NCBI GenBank assembly: GCA_964384235.1
Contig: CAYLJX010000002.1
Span: forward strand, 4,126 to 68,125
Length of the DNA stretch: 64,000 nt
Source of the DNA: an uncultured Bdellovibrionales bacterium
GTDB taxonomy: Bacteria; Patescibacteriota; Minisyncoccia; Moranbacterales; UBA1568
Direction of reading: 5' to 3'
Position 1 is the first letter of the stretch, and each line of letters begins with the position of its first letter. The notes under the pieces were generated by a model. It had not been told where the DNA came from. It did not search any database and saw only the letters and a list, made by a program, of their open reading frames with translations. Position numbers and translations under genes: made by a program. Below, piece after piece: positions 55,045 through 64,000 of this stretch.

Positions 55045-57408
55045 ATGTCTACTGAAAAACAACTGCGTATCGAAGGAATGCACTGCGCGTCGTGCGCGGG
55101 CATCATCGAACGCACTCTCAAGAAGATCGACGGTGTCGAGCAGGCGGACGTAAACTTCGCCACGGAAACGCTCCTGGTCGACTACGACGAGCAGAAGACC
55201 GACCTGGAGACCTGGGGCGGGGTACTCAAACCCTTGGGATATGCCCTGAATGATCCGGAAGCGGAAGCTGCCACGATGCACCACGGCGAACATGATCATA
55301 CCGGCGGGACGAAGCAGGAGAAACAGGTCGAGCTCGATACGCTCCGGCGCGAAGTCATGAGCGGTCTGCCGCTCGCCTTCTTCAGTCTCGTCGTCATGGC
55401 CTGGGATGTCTTTTCTGGGCAGTCTTTCCGGTGGTTGCCGATGATGGAGGAAAGCGTGGCGACGATCATCCGGCAGCTCTTGCCGCTCTTCGCGACGTAT
55501 GTGCTCTTCGCGATCGGGCGGCCATACCTCGCCGGCGTGTGGCGCTTCTTCCGCTACGGGAGTGCCAACATGGATACCCTCATCGGTATCGGGACGCTGG
55601 TCGCTTATCTTTACAGTGTCGCCGTGACACTCTTCGAGTCGTCGCTCGCGTCTTACATCGACACGGAGAACACCTACTATGACATCACGATCGTCGTCAT
55701 CGTCTTCATCACTTTGGGCAAGTATCTCGAGGCGCGGGCCAGACTCAAGACCGGTGACGCTATCGAGAAACTCCTCCATCTCCAGGCCAAGACCGCGCTT
55801 CTGGTAGAGGGCGGCGAAGAGAGGGAAGTGTCGCTGGCCGAGGTGAAAACGGGAGACCATATCCGTGTCAAACCGGGTACCAAGGTACCGGTCGACGGCG
55901 TCGTGGTCGACGGGCAATCGGCCGTTGACGAATCGATGCTCACCGGTGAGCCGCTTCCGGTCGACAAGGCTGAGGGGGACAGCGTGACGGGCGGGACGAT
56001 CAATATCAACGGCTCTTTCGTCTTCCGGGCGACACGCGTCGGGGAAGAGACGATGCTCTCCCATATCATCCGGCTGGTGGAGCGGGCCCAGGGGTCCAAG
56101 GCGCCGATTCAGAAACTGGCAGATCGGATCTCGGCCGTCTTCGTGCCGGTGACGATCGGTATCGCGGTCGTCTCTCTCGGTGCCTGGCTTCTCATCGGCA
56201 GCTCGTTCATGCCGTTCTCGCAGGCGTTGTCTTTCGGACTTTTGTCGTTCGTCGGTGTCCTGGTGATCGCTTGTCCGTGTGCTTTGGGGCTCGCGACGCC
56301 GACCGCTATCATCGTGGGGGTCGGTCGCGGGGCGCGCGAGGGTATCCTCATCAAGGACGCCGCGACGTTGGAACACCTGAGCTCCGTCGATACGCTCGTA
56401 CTCGACAAGACGGGAACGATCACGACCGGACGCCCGACACTCACCGCTTTCCAGAATCTCACGCGGGAGCATCGGGACGAGGAGCTGTTCTCGATTCTCG
56501 GATCGCTCGAGAGGCATTCCGAACATCCGCTCTCCCGGGCCATCGTCGAGGGCGTGGAGGGACGGCATGTCGATTTTTCCGACGTGGAACGCTTTTCGAT
56601 CATCGAGGGCAAGGGTATCAAGGGTCTCATCGGCGGCAAGGAATATTTCGCCGGAAACATGAAGCTCCTTGATGAGCTCGGTATCCCGTTCAAGAAAAAC
56701 CTGATCCGCGAATATACCGATAAAGGAGGTACGCCTATCGTGCTCGCCGATCGCAAGGAACCCCTTGGACTGTTCATCGTTTCGGATACGGTCAAGCTGG
56801 AAGCCAAGGAAGCCGTGAGAACGATCCAGGATATGGGTATCCATGTCGTGATGCTCACCGGTGACGACGAGCGGGCGGCCCGTCATATCGCAGGACAAGT
56901 CGGTATCCGTCACGTGATCGCCGAAGTGCTGCCCGACGAGAAACAGGAAAAGATCATCGCGCTCCAGAAGGAAGGAAAGAAGGTGGCGATGGTCGGTGAC
57001 GGTGTCAACGACGCACCGGCCCTGGCGCAGGCCACCGTCGGTATCGCCATGGCGACCGGTACCGATGTCGCCATCGAATCGGCCGGTATCGCGCTCCTTC
57101 GCGGCGACATGGGCAAGCTGGTACGGGCCATCGGGCTTTCCCGGGCCACCATGCAGACGGTCAGGGAAAACCTCTTTTTCGCCTTCATTTACAACGTTCT
57201 CGGGATTCCGCTCGCGGCCGGGCTCTTCTATCCGTTCTTCGGAGTACTTCTCAATCCGGTCTTTGCGGGGCTTGCGATGGCGCTTTCCAGTGTCTCGGTC
57301 GTGACCAATTCCCTCCGTCTCAGGATGAAGTCGCTTACTTCACGGAACAGGCTCTACGATATGGGAAAGAAAGCGTTGGGAATAGTGTATTTCAAGGAAC
57401 GGTCCTGA
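55045..57408 (+). CDS. copA: copper-translocating P1B-type ATPase
   Basis: [42 protein letters not shown] and MALSS Cu(I) motifs. Confidence 0.95.
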   Translation: MSTEKQLRIEGMHCASCAGIIERTLKKIDGVEQADVNFATETLLVDYDEQKTDLETWGGVLKPLGYALNDPEAEAATMHHGEHDHTGGTKQEKQVELDTLRREVMSGLPLAFFSLVVMAWDVFSGQSFRWLPMMEESVATIIRQLLPLFATYVLFAIGRPYLAGVWRFFRYGSANMDTLIGIGTLVAYLYSVAVTLFESSLASYIDTENTYYDITIVVIVFITLGKYLEARARLKTGDAIEKLLHLQAKTALLVEGGEEREVSLAEVKTGDHIRVKPGTKVPVDGVVVDGQSAVDESMLTGEPLPVDKAEGDSVTGGTININGSFVFRATRVGEETMLSHIIRLVERAQGSKAPIQKLADRISAVFVPVTIGIAVVSLGAWLLIGSSFMPFSQALSFGLLSFVGVLVIACPCALGLATPTAIIVGVGRGAREGILIKDAATLEHLSSVDTLVLDKTGTITTGRPTLTAFQNLTREHRDEELFSILGSLERHSEHPLSRAIVEGVEGRHVDFSDVERFSIIEGKGIKGLIGGKEYFAGNMKLLDELGIPFKKNLIREYTDKGGTPIVLADRKEPLGLFIVSDTVKLEAKEAVRTIQDMGIHVVMLTGDDERAARHIAGQVGIRHVIAEVLPDEKQEKIIALQKEGKKVAMVGDGVNDAPALAQATVGIAMATGTDVAIESAGIALLRGDMGKLVRAIGLSRATMQTVRENLFFAFIYNVLGIPLAAGLFYPFFGVLLNPVFAGLAMALSSVSVVTNSLRLRMKSLTSRNRLYDMGKKALGIVYFKERS

Positions 57409-57564
57409 AACTTTTTCTCCCTCCTCGTGTACTAAAAGTACATGGGTGACAAATAGATGAAACGGCAGCTAAGGGGGAGCTGCCGTTTTGTACATGAAAT
57501 TGCACATGAAAACTATCTTTCGGAAGAGGCGTACTACAAAAGTAATCCTTAATTCCTTAAAAAT

Positions 57565-58089
57565 ATGGCGAAAGTCTTTCAGAAGGGCGGCGGCGTCAAA
57601 CTGCCGCAGCGTCACAAGGAGGCGCAGCACGGCGAGTACGGGGATGCCCATCGCGGCATCACGGTCTGCGAGCGCTGCAACAACGTCCTTTTCAAGAAAG
57701 AGTGGCACCACTCGGGAGACAAGCTCCTGGAGCAGCTCCGGATCGCCGAAAAAGGCGTCTCGTTCACGCTCTGTCCGGCCTGCAGGATGGTGACCGACAA
57801 CCTCTTCGAGGGCGAGGTGCTCATCGAGAACATCCCGGAGAAATACGAAAGCGAGCTCCTGCGGCTCATCGCGGCCTACGGGAGGCGGGCTGTGGGTATC
57901 GACCCGCAGCATCGGATCATCCGGACGGATCGGACCAAGAAGGGTTTGCGGGTCATCACGACCGAGAATCAGCTGGCGGTGAGGCTCGGCAAGAAGATCC
58001 GCGACGTCTTCAAGAAGGTGAAGCTTCATATCGCCTACTCCGCCGAACCGGCCGAGGTCGACCAGGTCCGCGCGGTGTTTCAGATGTAG
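57565..58089 (+). CDS. hypothetical Zn-ribbon protein (BCAM0308/NMD3-like)
   Basis: CERC...W...CPAC, TTENQLAVRLGKKI. Confidence 0.65.
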   Translation: MAKVFQKGGGVKLPQRHKEAQHGEYGDAHRGITVCERCNNVLFKKEWHHSGDKLLEQLRIAEKGVSFTLCPACRMVTDNLFEGEVLIENIPEKYESELLRLIAAYGRRAVGIDPQHRIIRTDRTKKGLRVITTENQLAVRLGKKIRDVFKKVKLHIAYSAEPAEVDQVRAVFQM

Positions 58090-58213
58090 TTCGTGAAGTC
58101 TATAAAGTCTATAAAGTCCGTAAGATTAAAGACATGAAGGGTTGCTCTGGCAGGGGCCCAGGGTTTAGAATACTTTATGACTTTACGGACTTGTAACTTG
58201 ACGGACTTATTTT

Positions 58214-58735
58214 ATGGACATCGTTTCGCACGGCTTGTGGGGGTCGCTCGCGTTCGGTCGCAAAAACCGAAAGAGTTTTTGGACAGCCTTTTTCTTCGGG
58301 ATCGCGCCGGACCTTTTCTCGTTCGGATTGTTCACGATAGGCGTGTGGCTGGGCCTCGAACACGGGACTGACTGGTCGGGCGGGCCGCCTGACCCGAGCC
58401 GTATCCCGTCGTACGTCCATCAGCTGTACAACGTGACGCATAGTCTTGTCGTCTTTGCGATCGTTTTCGTCCTCGTGATGCTCATCCGTCGAAAACCCTG
58501 GTGGGAGATGTCCGCCTGGGGACTGCACATCCTTGTCGATATCCCGACCCATTCGGAGCGATTTTTCCCCACTCCGTTTCTCTGGCCGTTCTCTGATTTC
58601 CATATCAACGGCATCTCGTGGGGACAGCCGATTATCTTCATTCCCAATGTGATCTTGCTTCTCGCTCTGTATTTCTGGTATTTCGTCATCCGCCGCCGAG
58701 CGTGGTTTTTCGCGAAAAAACCAGAAAAACCTTGA
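58214..58735 (+). CDS. membrane-bound metal-dependent hydrolase (YdjM-like)
   Basis: SHGL, APDL, THSL, HILVD, FLWPFS. Confidence 0.75.
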   Translation: MDIVSHGLWGSLAFGRKNRKSFWTAFFFGIAPDLFSFGLFTIGVWLGLEHGTDWSGGPPDPSRIPSYVHQLYNVTHSLVVFAIVFVLVMLIRRKPWWEMSAWGLHILVDIPTHSERFFPTPFLWPFSDFHINGISWGQPIIFIPNVILLLALYFWYFVIRRRAWFFAKKPEKP

Positions 58736-58760
58736 TTTTATCGGAAAAACGTGCTATACT
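58732..58760 (+). promoter_or_regulatory. sigma70 promoter
   Basis: TTGATT-17 nt-TATACT upstream of the CDS at 58836. Confidence 0.55.
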
Positions 58761-58835
58761 GGATATACAACTGAAAAAACGGGTGCCAGACGGGTGCCCG
58801 TTTTTTCTTTATCTTAGGGGATTTTTCCATCATTT

Positions 58836-59471
58836 ATGGCCAAAAAACTGAAAAATAGCCGAGAATGGCTCCGCCGGAAATGGCAGGAGCTTTTGTCCCG
58901 GGACCTGACCAAGGTCAATTTCAGCGGAAACGCTTTTTATAGTTTTTTCGCGGTTTTCGGTCTTGCTATGACCGGCCTGTTGTACGGTGCGGCGTGGGGG
59001 ACGACCGCTTCGCTCCCGGTACCCGAAGTGGTGGTACCCGATATGCGGGCAGCGTTCCGGAACAATATCGGCACGCTCGTCGACGGCTACCCGATCGAGA
59101 GCATGGTTTCGGATATCGCCAAGCAGGACAAGACGACCGCGGCCTTTCTCGTCGGTATCGCCAAGAAGGAGAGCAACTGGGGCAAGCGTGTCCCGCGAGC
59201 CGAGGACGGGAGCGACTGTTACAACTACTGGGGCTATCGCGGTGCGGGGAGCCGCGGCATCGCCATGGGACACGGCTGTTTCGGCAGTCCCGAGGAAGCG
59301 GTTGCGGTTGTGGGAGGCCGGATCGGGACCTTTGTCCATGAGTATAATTTCAGGACGCCGCAGGAACTCATCGTGTGGAAGTGCGGCTGGAGCTGCGACG
59401 GGCACAGTTCCCAGAGCGTCAAGAAGTGGATCGCCGACGTCGGCTACTACGCCCGAAAGGTCAAACAGTAG
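58836..59471 (+). CDS. membrane-anchored lysozyme-like/glucosaminidase-like protein
   Basis: TM followed by GIAKKESNWGK...YNYWGY...FGSPEEAV. Confidence 0.55.
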   Translation: MAKKLKNSREWLRRKWQELLSRDLTKVNFSGNAFYSFFAVFGLAMTGLLYGAAWGTTASLPVPEVVVPDMRAAFRNNIGTLVDGYPIESMVSDIAKQDKTTAAFLVGIAKKESNWGKRVPRAEDGSDCYNYWGYRGAGSRGIAMGHGCFGSPEEAVAVVGGRIGTFVHEYNFRTPQELIVWKCGWSCDGHSSQSVKKWIADVGYYARKVKQ

Positions 59472-59662
59472 GTGTTTTCTTGGAAATTTATCCATACCCT
59501 TCAGGAAACCTTCCCGGAGGGTTTTTCATTTGACAAACGGACGAATATCGTTCTAATATGACGTTTCATACAAAAAGATAAAAACCAAACGGCAGCACCG
59601 CTCTTCATACCGGAAAATAACAGGAGGGAAGCTTCTCAGTCGGGCACTAAAAAGGCACAGGA

Positions 59663-62600
59663 ATGCGACAGGATACGTTGTCGGTGATCGTCCCCACCTT
59701 GAACGAGGAGGGCAATATCGAGGCATTGGTAAAACGTTTGGATCGAGCTCTTTCAGGGGCTCAGATTGAGTATGAGGTCGTCTTTGTTGATGACCACTCG
59801 GTCGATCAGACCAGGGAAAAGATAGAGTCGCTCAAGAAAGAATACCCCCTCGCTGTCTTTCTGAAAGAAGGGGCGCGCGGCAAAGCACAATCCCTGCTTG
59901 AGGGATTCCGGTATGTCCAGTACGAGCATATCGCTTTCATCGACGCGGACCTCCAGTATCCGCCGGAAGCGCTGCCGGGAATGCTCGAGAAACTCCATCA
60001 GGGCTTGGATATCGTGGTGGCGGACCGCCGAGCCGATACCGCGGGAGGATGGGGGAGAAACCTCACCAGCCGGGCGTTCCATTTTTTCTTTTCGAAACTG
60101 CTCCACGACCTCGATATCGATACCCAGGCAGGACTGAAGGTCTTCAAGGCGCGCATCGCCAAGGAAGTGAACGTCAGCCCTTCGCCCTGGACGTTCGATC
60201 TGGAATTCCTCCTCAGCGCCCGCAATTACGGGTACGTCATCGGAAGCTTTCCGATCACGTTCGCCGATCGTTTTTCCGGCAGTTCCAAGATCGTCGTATG
60301 GAAAGCGATCTTTGAAATCGGCTGGAACGCGCTCAAGCTGAAAACGAAACGCCGCTCGCCGCTCCTCATCCATCCTGAAAAGGACGGCTCGATGGTGGGC
60401 GCAGGCGTCGCACACAACACGCAGCGCTTCGTGACGCACACCACCCTGGAACACCATGTGTCGGCGCTCAATACCTTCGTCCCGTGGCAGAGAAACCTCA
60501 TCCTCGGTGTCCTGCTGATCATAGGGATCGGACTGATCTGGAACGCTCTCTTCACCGGCATCCTGGTCGTAGCTTCCCTTACGGCTTTCTACTTCATCGA
60601 CGCCGTCTTCAATCTCTTCCTCGTCATGAAGAGCCTCAAGACCCCGCCGGAAATTGGGAGCACGGACGAGGAACTTGCGGCCCTTGATCAAGAACAGCTC
60701 CCGGTCTATTCCGTCCTCTGTCCGCTCTACAAAGAAGCCCACATGCTTCCGACTTTCGTGCAGGCGATGGGTGGTCTCGACTGGCCGAAGAACAAGCTCG
60801 ACGTGCTTCTCCTTTTGGAAGAGAACGATGAGGAAACGATCGCCGCAGCACGGGCGATGGATCTCCCAGCCTTCGTGAAGATCGTCGTGGTCCCGCACTC
60901 CATGCCCAAGACCAAGCCGAAGGCCTGCAACTACGGTCTCTCCTTCGCGAGCGGGGAGTACGTCGTCATCTACGACGCCGAGGACATCCCCGATCCGCTG
61001 CAGCTCAAGAAGGCCTACCTCGGTTTTCAAAAGGCCAAGCCGGAAGTGCGCTGCCTCCAGGCCAAGCTCAACTATTTCAACCCGCACCAGAACTTCCTGA
61101 CGCGTCTCTTCACCGCCGAGTACTCGCTGTGGTTCGATGTCATCCTGCCGGGACTCCAGTCCATCAACACGAGCATTCCTCTCGGCGGGACGAGCAACCA
61201 CTTCCGGACGCGCGACCTCCTCGAGCTCGAGGGCTGGGATCCCTTCAACGTGACGGAGGACTGCGATCTCGGCGTGCGCATCTTCAAGCGCGGCTACCAG
61301 ACCGCCATCATCGACTCGGTGACGCTCGAGGAAGCGAACAGCAATGTCAGGAACTGGATCCGTCAGCGCTCCCGCTGGATCAAGGGCTACATGCAGACCT
61401 ACCTCGTGCACATGCGCCACCCGGTGACCTTTCTTCGGGAGAACGGCTGGCACGCCTTCATCTTCCAGATCGTCATCGGTGGCAAGATCGCGGTCATGTT
61501 CATCAATCCCTTCCTGTGGCTCGCGACGCTCGCGTATTTCACACTCTACGCCTTCGTCGGACCGACGCTCGAGGCCCTGTATCCGCCGCACATCTTCTAC
61601 TTCGCGGCCATCACGCTCGTCTTCGGCAACTACCTCTACCTCTACTACTACATGATCGGGACGGCCAAGCGTGAGCACTTCGATACCGTCAAGTACGTCT
61701 TCTTCGTGCCGTTCTACTGGATCCTGGTGAGTTATGCGGCCTTCATCGGGCTCTATCAGCTCGTCACCAAGCCGCACTACTGGGAGAAGACCCACCACGG
61801 CCTGCACCTGAAGAAGGAGGAAAAGAAGAAGCGTCTCACGGAAATCGCCGAGAGCCTTACGCTTGGCCGACCATGGTTTCCCAAGAGTCCCCTCTCATTT
61901 CCGATGGCTAAATGGCTCCTGTCCAAGGAGAGTGTCTTGATCGGGGCGTTGCTTGCCTCCAGTCTCCTGAACTTCGTCTTCAATGCATATCTCGGCAGAC
62001 AGCTCTCGTTCGAGGAACTCGGTCTGGTGACCTTCGTCAACACGCTGTGGTACATCACGATGATATTCTTCAGCGCGTTTTCCACGACGCTTAATCACCA
62101 CACCGCGTATCTTACGGGCAAGAAAAAGGGGAACATACAGGAACGGATTTTCTCTTACAGCCTGAAAAAGGGATTGCGTATCATGGTCGGTTTCTCGGTC
62201 GTTTGGTTCGTTTTCTCTCCGCTTTTGGCGCGCTTCTTTCAGATCGAGAGCATCTTCACTCTCCTTCTCTTCACACCGGTCTTCATTTTCGGTCTTATCA
62301 CGGCGGCAAGCCGAGGTTTTTTTCAGGGAACGTTCCGTTTCACGTATACTGCCTTTCTTCTGGTCTTCGAGGCGCTTATAAAGCTTCTTATCGCGATAGC
62401 GTTCGTGTCGTTCGAAGCGCCTGAGCTCGTCTACCTTTCCATTCCGGCATCGATTTTCCTTTCGGCACTCCTGGCACTCTTCCTTTCCGGTCTGGCTGTA
62501 CGTGAGAAAACCAAGGAAATATCGTCGACGGAACGTTTCCATTTTCCGAAACGCTTCTTCGGGGCGACGCTTCTCTCCAATGTTTCGGTGATGGTATTCC

Positions 62601-64000
62601 TGAGCTTCGATGTTCTCCTGGTGAAGCACTACATGGATCCGTATGCGGCCGGAGAGTACGCGCTGGTGTCGCTTGCCGGGAAAATGATATTTTTCTTCGG
62701 TTCGCTCGCGAGCACGTTCCTCCTCACGTACGTGAGCCGGAACGAAGGCCGTCAGGTGAGTTCCAAGAAGATTTTCAGCTATACGTACGGTGCGACGTTC
62801 TTCCTGGTTTCCGTCGGCGTGCTTGTTTTGGGTCTTTTCGGTGACACGTTCGCGCCGCTTCTCTTCGGCGAGAAGGCGCTTGTCATCACCGATTATCTTT
62901 TCCTCTACACTCTGTCCCTTTCCTTGTTCACGCTTGCAGGTGTCGTGGTGACCTACCATCTCGCCCGTCGGGAATATTTTCATACGTTCATTTCGCTTGC
63001 CGGATCGCTCTCCATGGCTGCAGGCATCGTCTTCTTTCATGAGTCGCTCGAAAGCGTCGTTTGGGTCATCTTTTTCTCAAGCGCGGCGACATGGGGTCTC
63101 GTGGAGTTCTTCCATCTCTTCGGCAGGAAGACACGGTTCGTCGCGCGTGCCTTCCAGGACCTCTTTGAGATCTTCAGTCGTCGTCTGTTGCCGTCCGCAA
63201 CCAAGGACAATGCCTTGGGACAGAGGATCCTCATCTTCAATTGGCGTGACATGCGGCACAAGTTCGCCGGTGGGGCGGAACTCTACGTCGAGGAGATAGC
63301 CCGTGATTTCGTGCGTCAAGGGAACCAGGTGACGCTTTTCTGCGGCAATGATGGGAATTCCCCGCGCATCGAGACGGTAGAAGGTGTTCGGATCATCCGT
63401 CGAGGAGGTTTCTACCTGGTATATTTCTGGGCCTTCGTCTATTACATGCTCCGTTTCCGGGGACGGTATGACGTGATTGTCGATTCGCAGAACGGCATCC
63501 CGTTCTTCACACCGCTGTATGCCAAGGAAACGACATACTGTCTCATGCATCATGTGCACCAGGAAGTCTTCCGTCGTTCGCTTCCCTGGCCGCTTTCGAC
63601 GTTCGCCCGCTTTCTTGAAAAGGACCTGATGCCGATCGTCTACAAGAAGGTGCGTTTTATCACCGTTTCCGAATCGAGCCGCCAGGAGATGGAGGAAATC
63701 GGTCTGGGGCAGGCCGGTATCGAGATCGTCCATCCAGGCGTCCATTTGAAACGTCTGGCTATCGGAACAAAGACACCGCAGCCGACCATTCTTTATCTGG
63801 GACGTCTCAAGGCGTATAAGTCAGTCGACGTTCTCATTCGCGCCTTCCAAATGGTCGTCAAAGAGCGTCCCGAGGCGAAGCTTCTCATAGCCGGATGTGG
63901 AGAAGAGGAAGGATATCTCAAGCGGCTGGCCCGCGATCTCCGGCTCAATGACCGTCAGATACAGTTTTTGGGCCGGGTGTCCGAAGAAGAGAAGGTGAAG
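59663..64000 (+). CDS. giant fused glycosyltransferase GT2-GT2-Wzx-like flippase-GT4, 3' truncated
   Basis: ATG 59663 MRQDTLSVIVPTLNEEGNI..VDDHS..IDADLQYPP; YDAED, TEDCDLG, RQRSRWIKG; ~12-TM flippase-like region; RILIFNWRD..AGGAE, YLGRLKAYK; domain motifs share one frame and no stop was found to 64000. Confidence 0.88.
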   Translation, partial: MRQDTLSVIVPTLNEEGNIEALVKRLDRALSGAQIEYEVVFVDDHSVDQTREKIESLKKEYPLAVFLKEGARGKAQSLLEGFRYVQYEHIAFIDADLQYPPEALPGMLEKLHQGLDIVVADRRADTAGGWGRNLTSRAFHFFFSKLLHDLDIDTQAGLKVFKARIAKEVNVSPSPWTFDLEFLLSARNYGYVIGSFPITFADRFSGSSKIVVWKAIFEIGWNALKLKTKRRSPLLIHPEKDGSMVGAGVAHNTQRFVTHTTLEHHVSALNTFVPWQRNLILGVLLIIGIGLIWNALFTGILVVASLTAFYFIDAVFNLFLVMKSLKTPPEIGSTDEELAALDQEQLPVYSVLCPLYKEAHMLPTFVQAMGGLDWPKNKLDVLLLLEENDEETIAAARAMDLPAFVKIVVVPHSMPKTKPKACNYGLSFASGEYVVIYDAEDIPDPLQLKKAYLGFQKAKPEVRCLQAKLNYFNPHQNFLTRLFTAEYSLWFDVILPGLQSINTSIPLGGTSNHFRTRDLLELEGWDPFNVTEDCDLGVRIFKRGYQTAIIDSVTLEEANSNVRNWIRQRSRWIKGYMQTYLVHMRHPVTFLRENGWHAFIFQIVIGGKIAVMFINPFLWLATLAYFTLYAFVGPTLEALYPPHIFYFAAITLVFGNYLYLYYYMIGTAKREHFDTVKYVFFVPFYWILVSYAAFIGLYQLVTKPHYWEKTHHGLHLKKEEKKKRLTEIAESLTLGRPWFPKSPLSFPMAKWLLSKESVLIGALLASSLLNFVFNAYLGRQLSFEELGLVTFVNTLWYITMIFFSAFSTTLNHHTAYLTGKKKGNIQERIFSYSLKKGLRIMVGFSVVWFVFSPLLARFFQIESIFTLLLFTPVFIFGLITAASRGFFQGTFRFTYTAFLLVFEALIKLLIAIAFVSFEAPELVYLSIPASIFLSALLALFLSGLAVREKTKEISSTERFHFPKRFFGATLLSNVSVMVFLSFDVLLVKHYMDPYAAGEYALVSLAGKMIFFFGSLASTFLLTYVSRNEGRQVSSKKIFSYTYGATFFLVSVGVLVLGLFGDTFAPLLFGEKALVITDYLFLYTLSLSLFTLAGVVVTYHLARREYFHTFISLAGSLSMAAGIVFFHESLESVVWVIFFSSAATWGLVEFFHLFGRKTRFVARAFQDLFEIFSRRLLPSATKDNALGQRILIFNWRDMRHKFAGGAELYVEEIARDFVRQGNQVTLFCGNDGNSPRIETVEGVRIIRRGGFYLVYFWAFVYYMLRFRGRYDVIVDSQNGIPFFTPLYAKETTYCLMHHVHQEVFRRSLPWPLSTFARFLEKDLMPIVYKKVRFITVSESSRQEMEEIGLGQAGIEIVHPGVHLKRLAIGTKTPQPTILYLGRLKAYKSVDVLIRAFQMVVKERPEAKLLIAGCGEEEGYLKRLARDLRLNDRQIQFLGRVSEEEKVK

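Noticed and set aside
10727-58210. Short repeat arrays as CRISPR or other guide arrays
   Set aside because: Units are 7-9 nt without unique spacers, and no cas or other effector genes are present.
59530-59662. Riboswitch in the leader of the giant glycosyltransferase
   Set aside because: A TTGACA promoter-like site is present but I could not match any aptamer consensus.
59753-63745. Minus-strand ORFs of 684, 381 and 222 aa
   Set aside because: Antisense shadows of the giant + strand glycosyltransferase fusion.

Overview
A ~64 kb, moderately GC-rich bacterial chromosome segment using the standard code (TGA is a stop). Gene content and style suggest Patescibacteria/CPR (Parcubacteria, Moranbacteria-like); this is inference, based on compact IF2 and S1, the PrgI/VirB4 cluster next to a LysM-CHAP hydrolase, mostly SD-less starts and heptamer repeats. 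Core genes include ftsH, tilS, gmk, rpsA, gyrA, rpsO, pnp, yraN, lspA, comM, rsmA, pcrA/uvrD, a Xer recombinase, cca, infB and typA, plus three tRNAs (Leu-TAG, Pro-CGG, Ser-CGA). Notable loci: (1) a ~520-nt ORF-free, hairpin-rich region behind a near-consensus sigma70 promoter and a boxA-like element (16.1-16.7 kb), a candidate undescribed large ncRNA upstream of yraN...comM; (2) a relaxase-less T4SS-like cluster (28-39.7 kb) ending in a Cys-rich surface protein; (3) a lycopene-cyclase-like plus UbiA prenyltransferase pair; (4) a CsoR-controlled copper operon with a multicopper oxidase fused to a CuA-type domain; (5) a >1446-aa GT2-GT2-flippase-GT4 fusion that the ORF track missed; (6) several families of small structured repeats (MITE-like, REP-like, degenerate 7/9-mer inverted arrays), some inserted in frame in core genes. 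No CRISPR array, rRNA, transposase or reverse transcriptase was seen.
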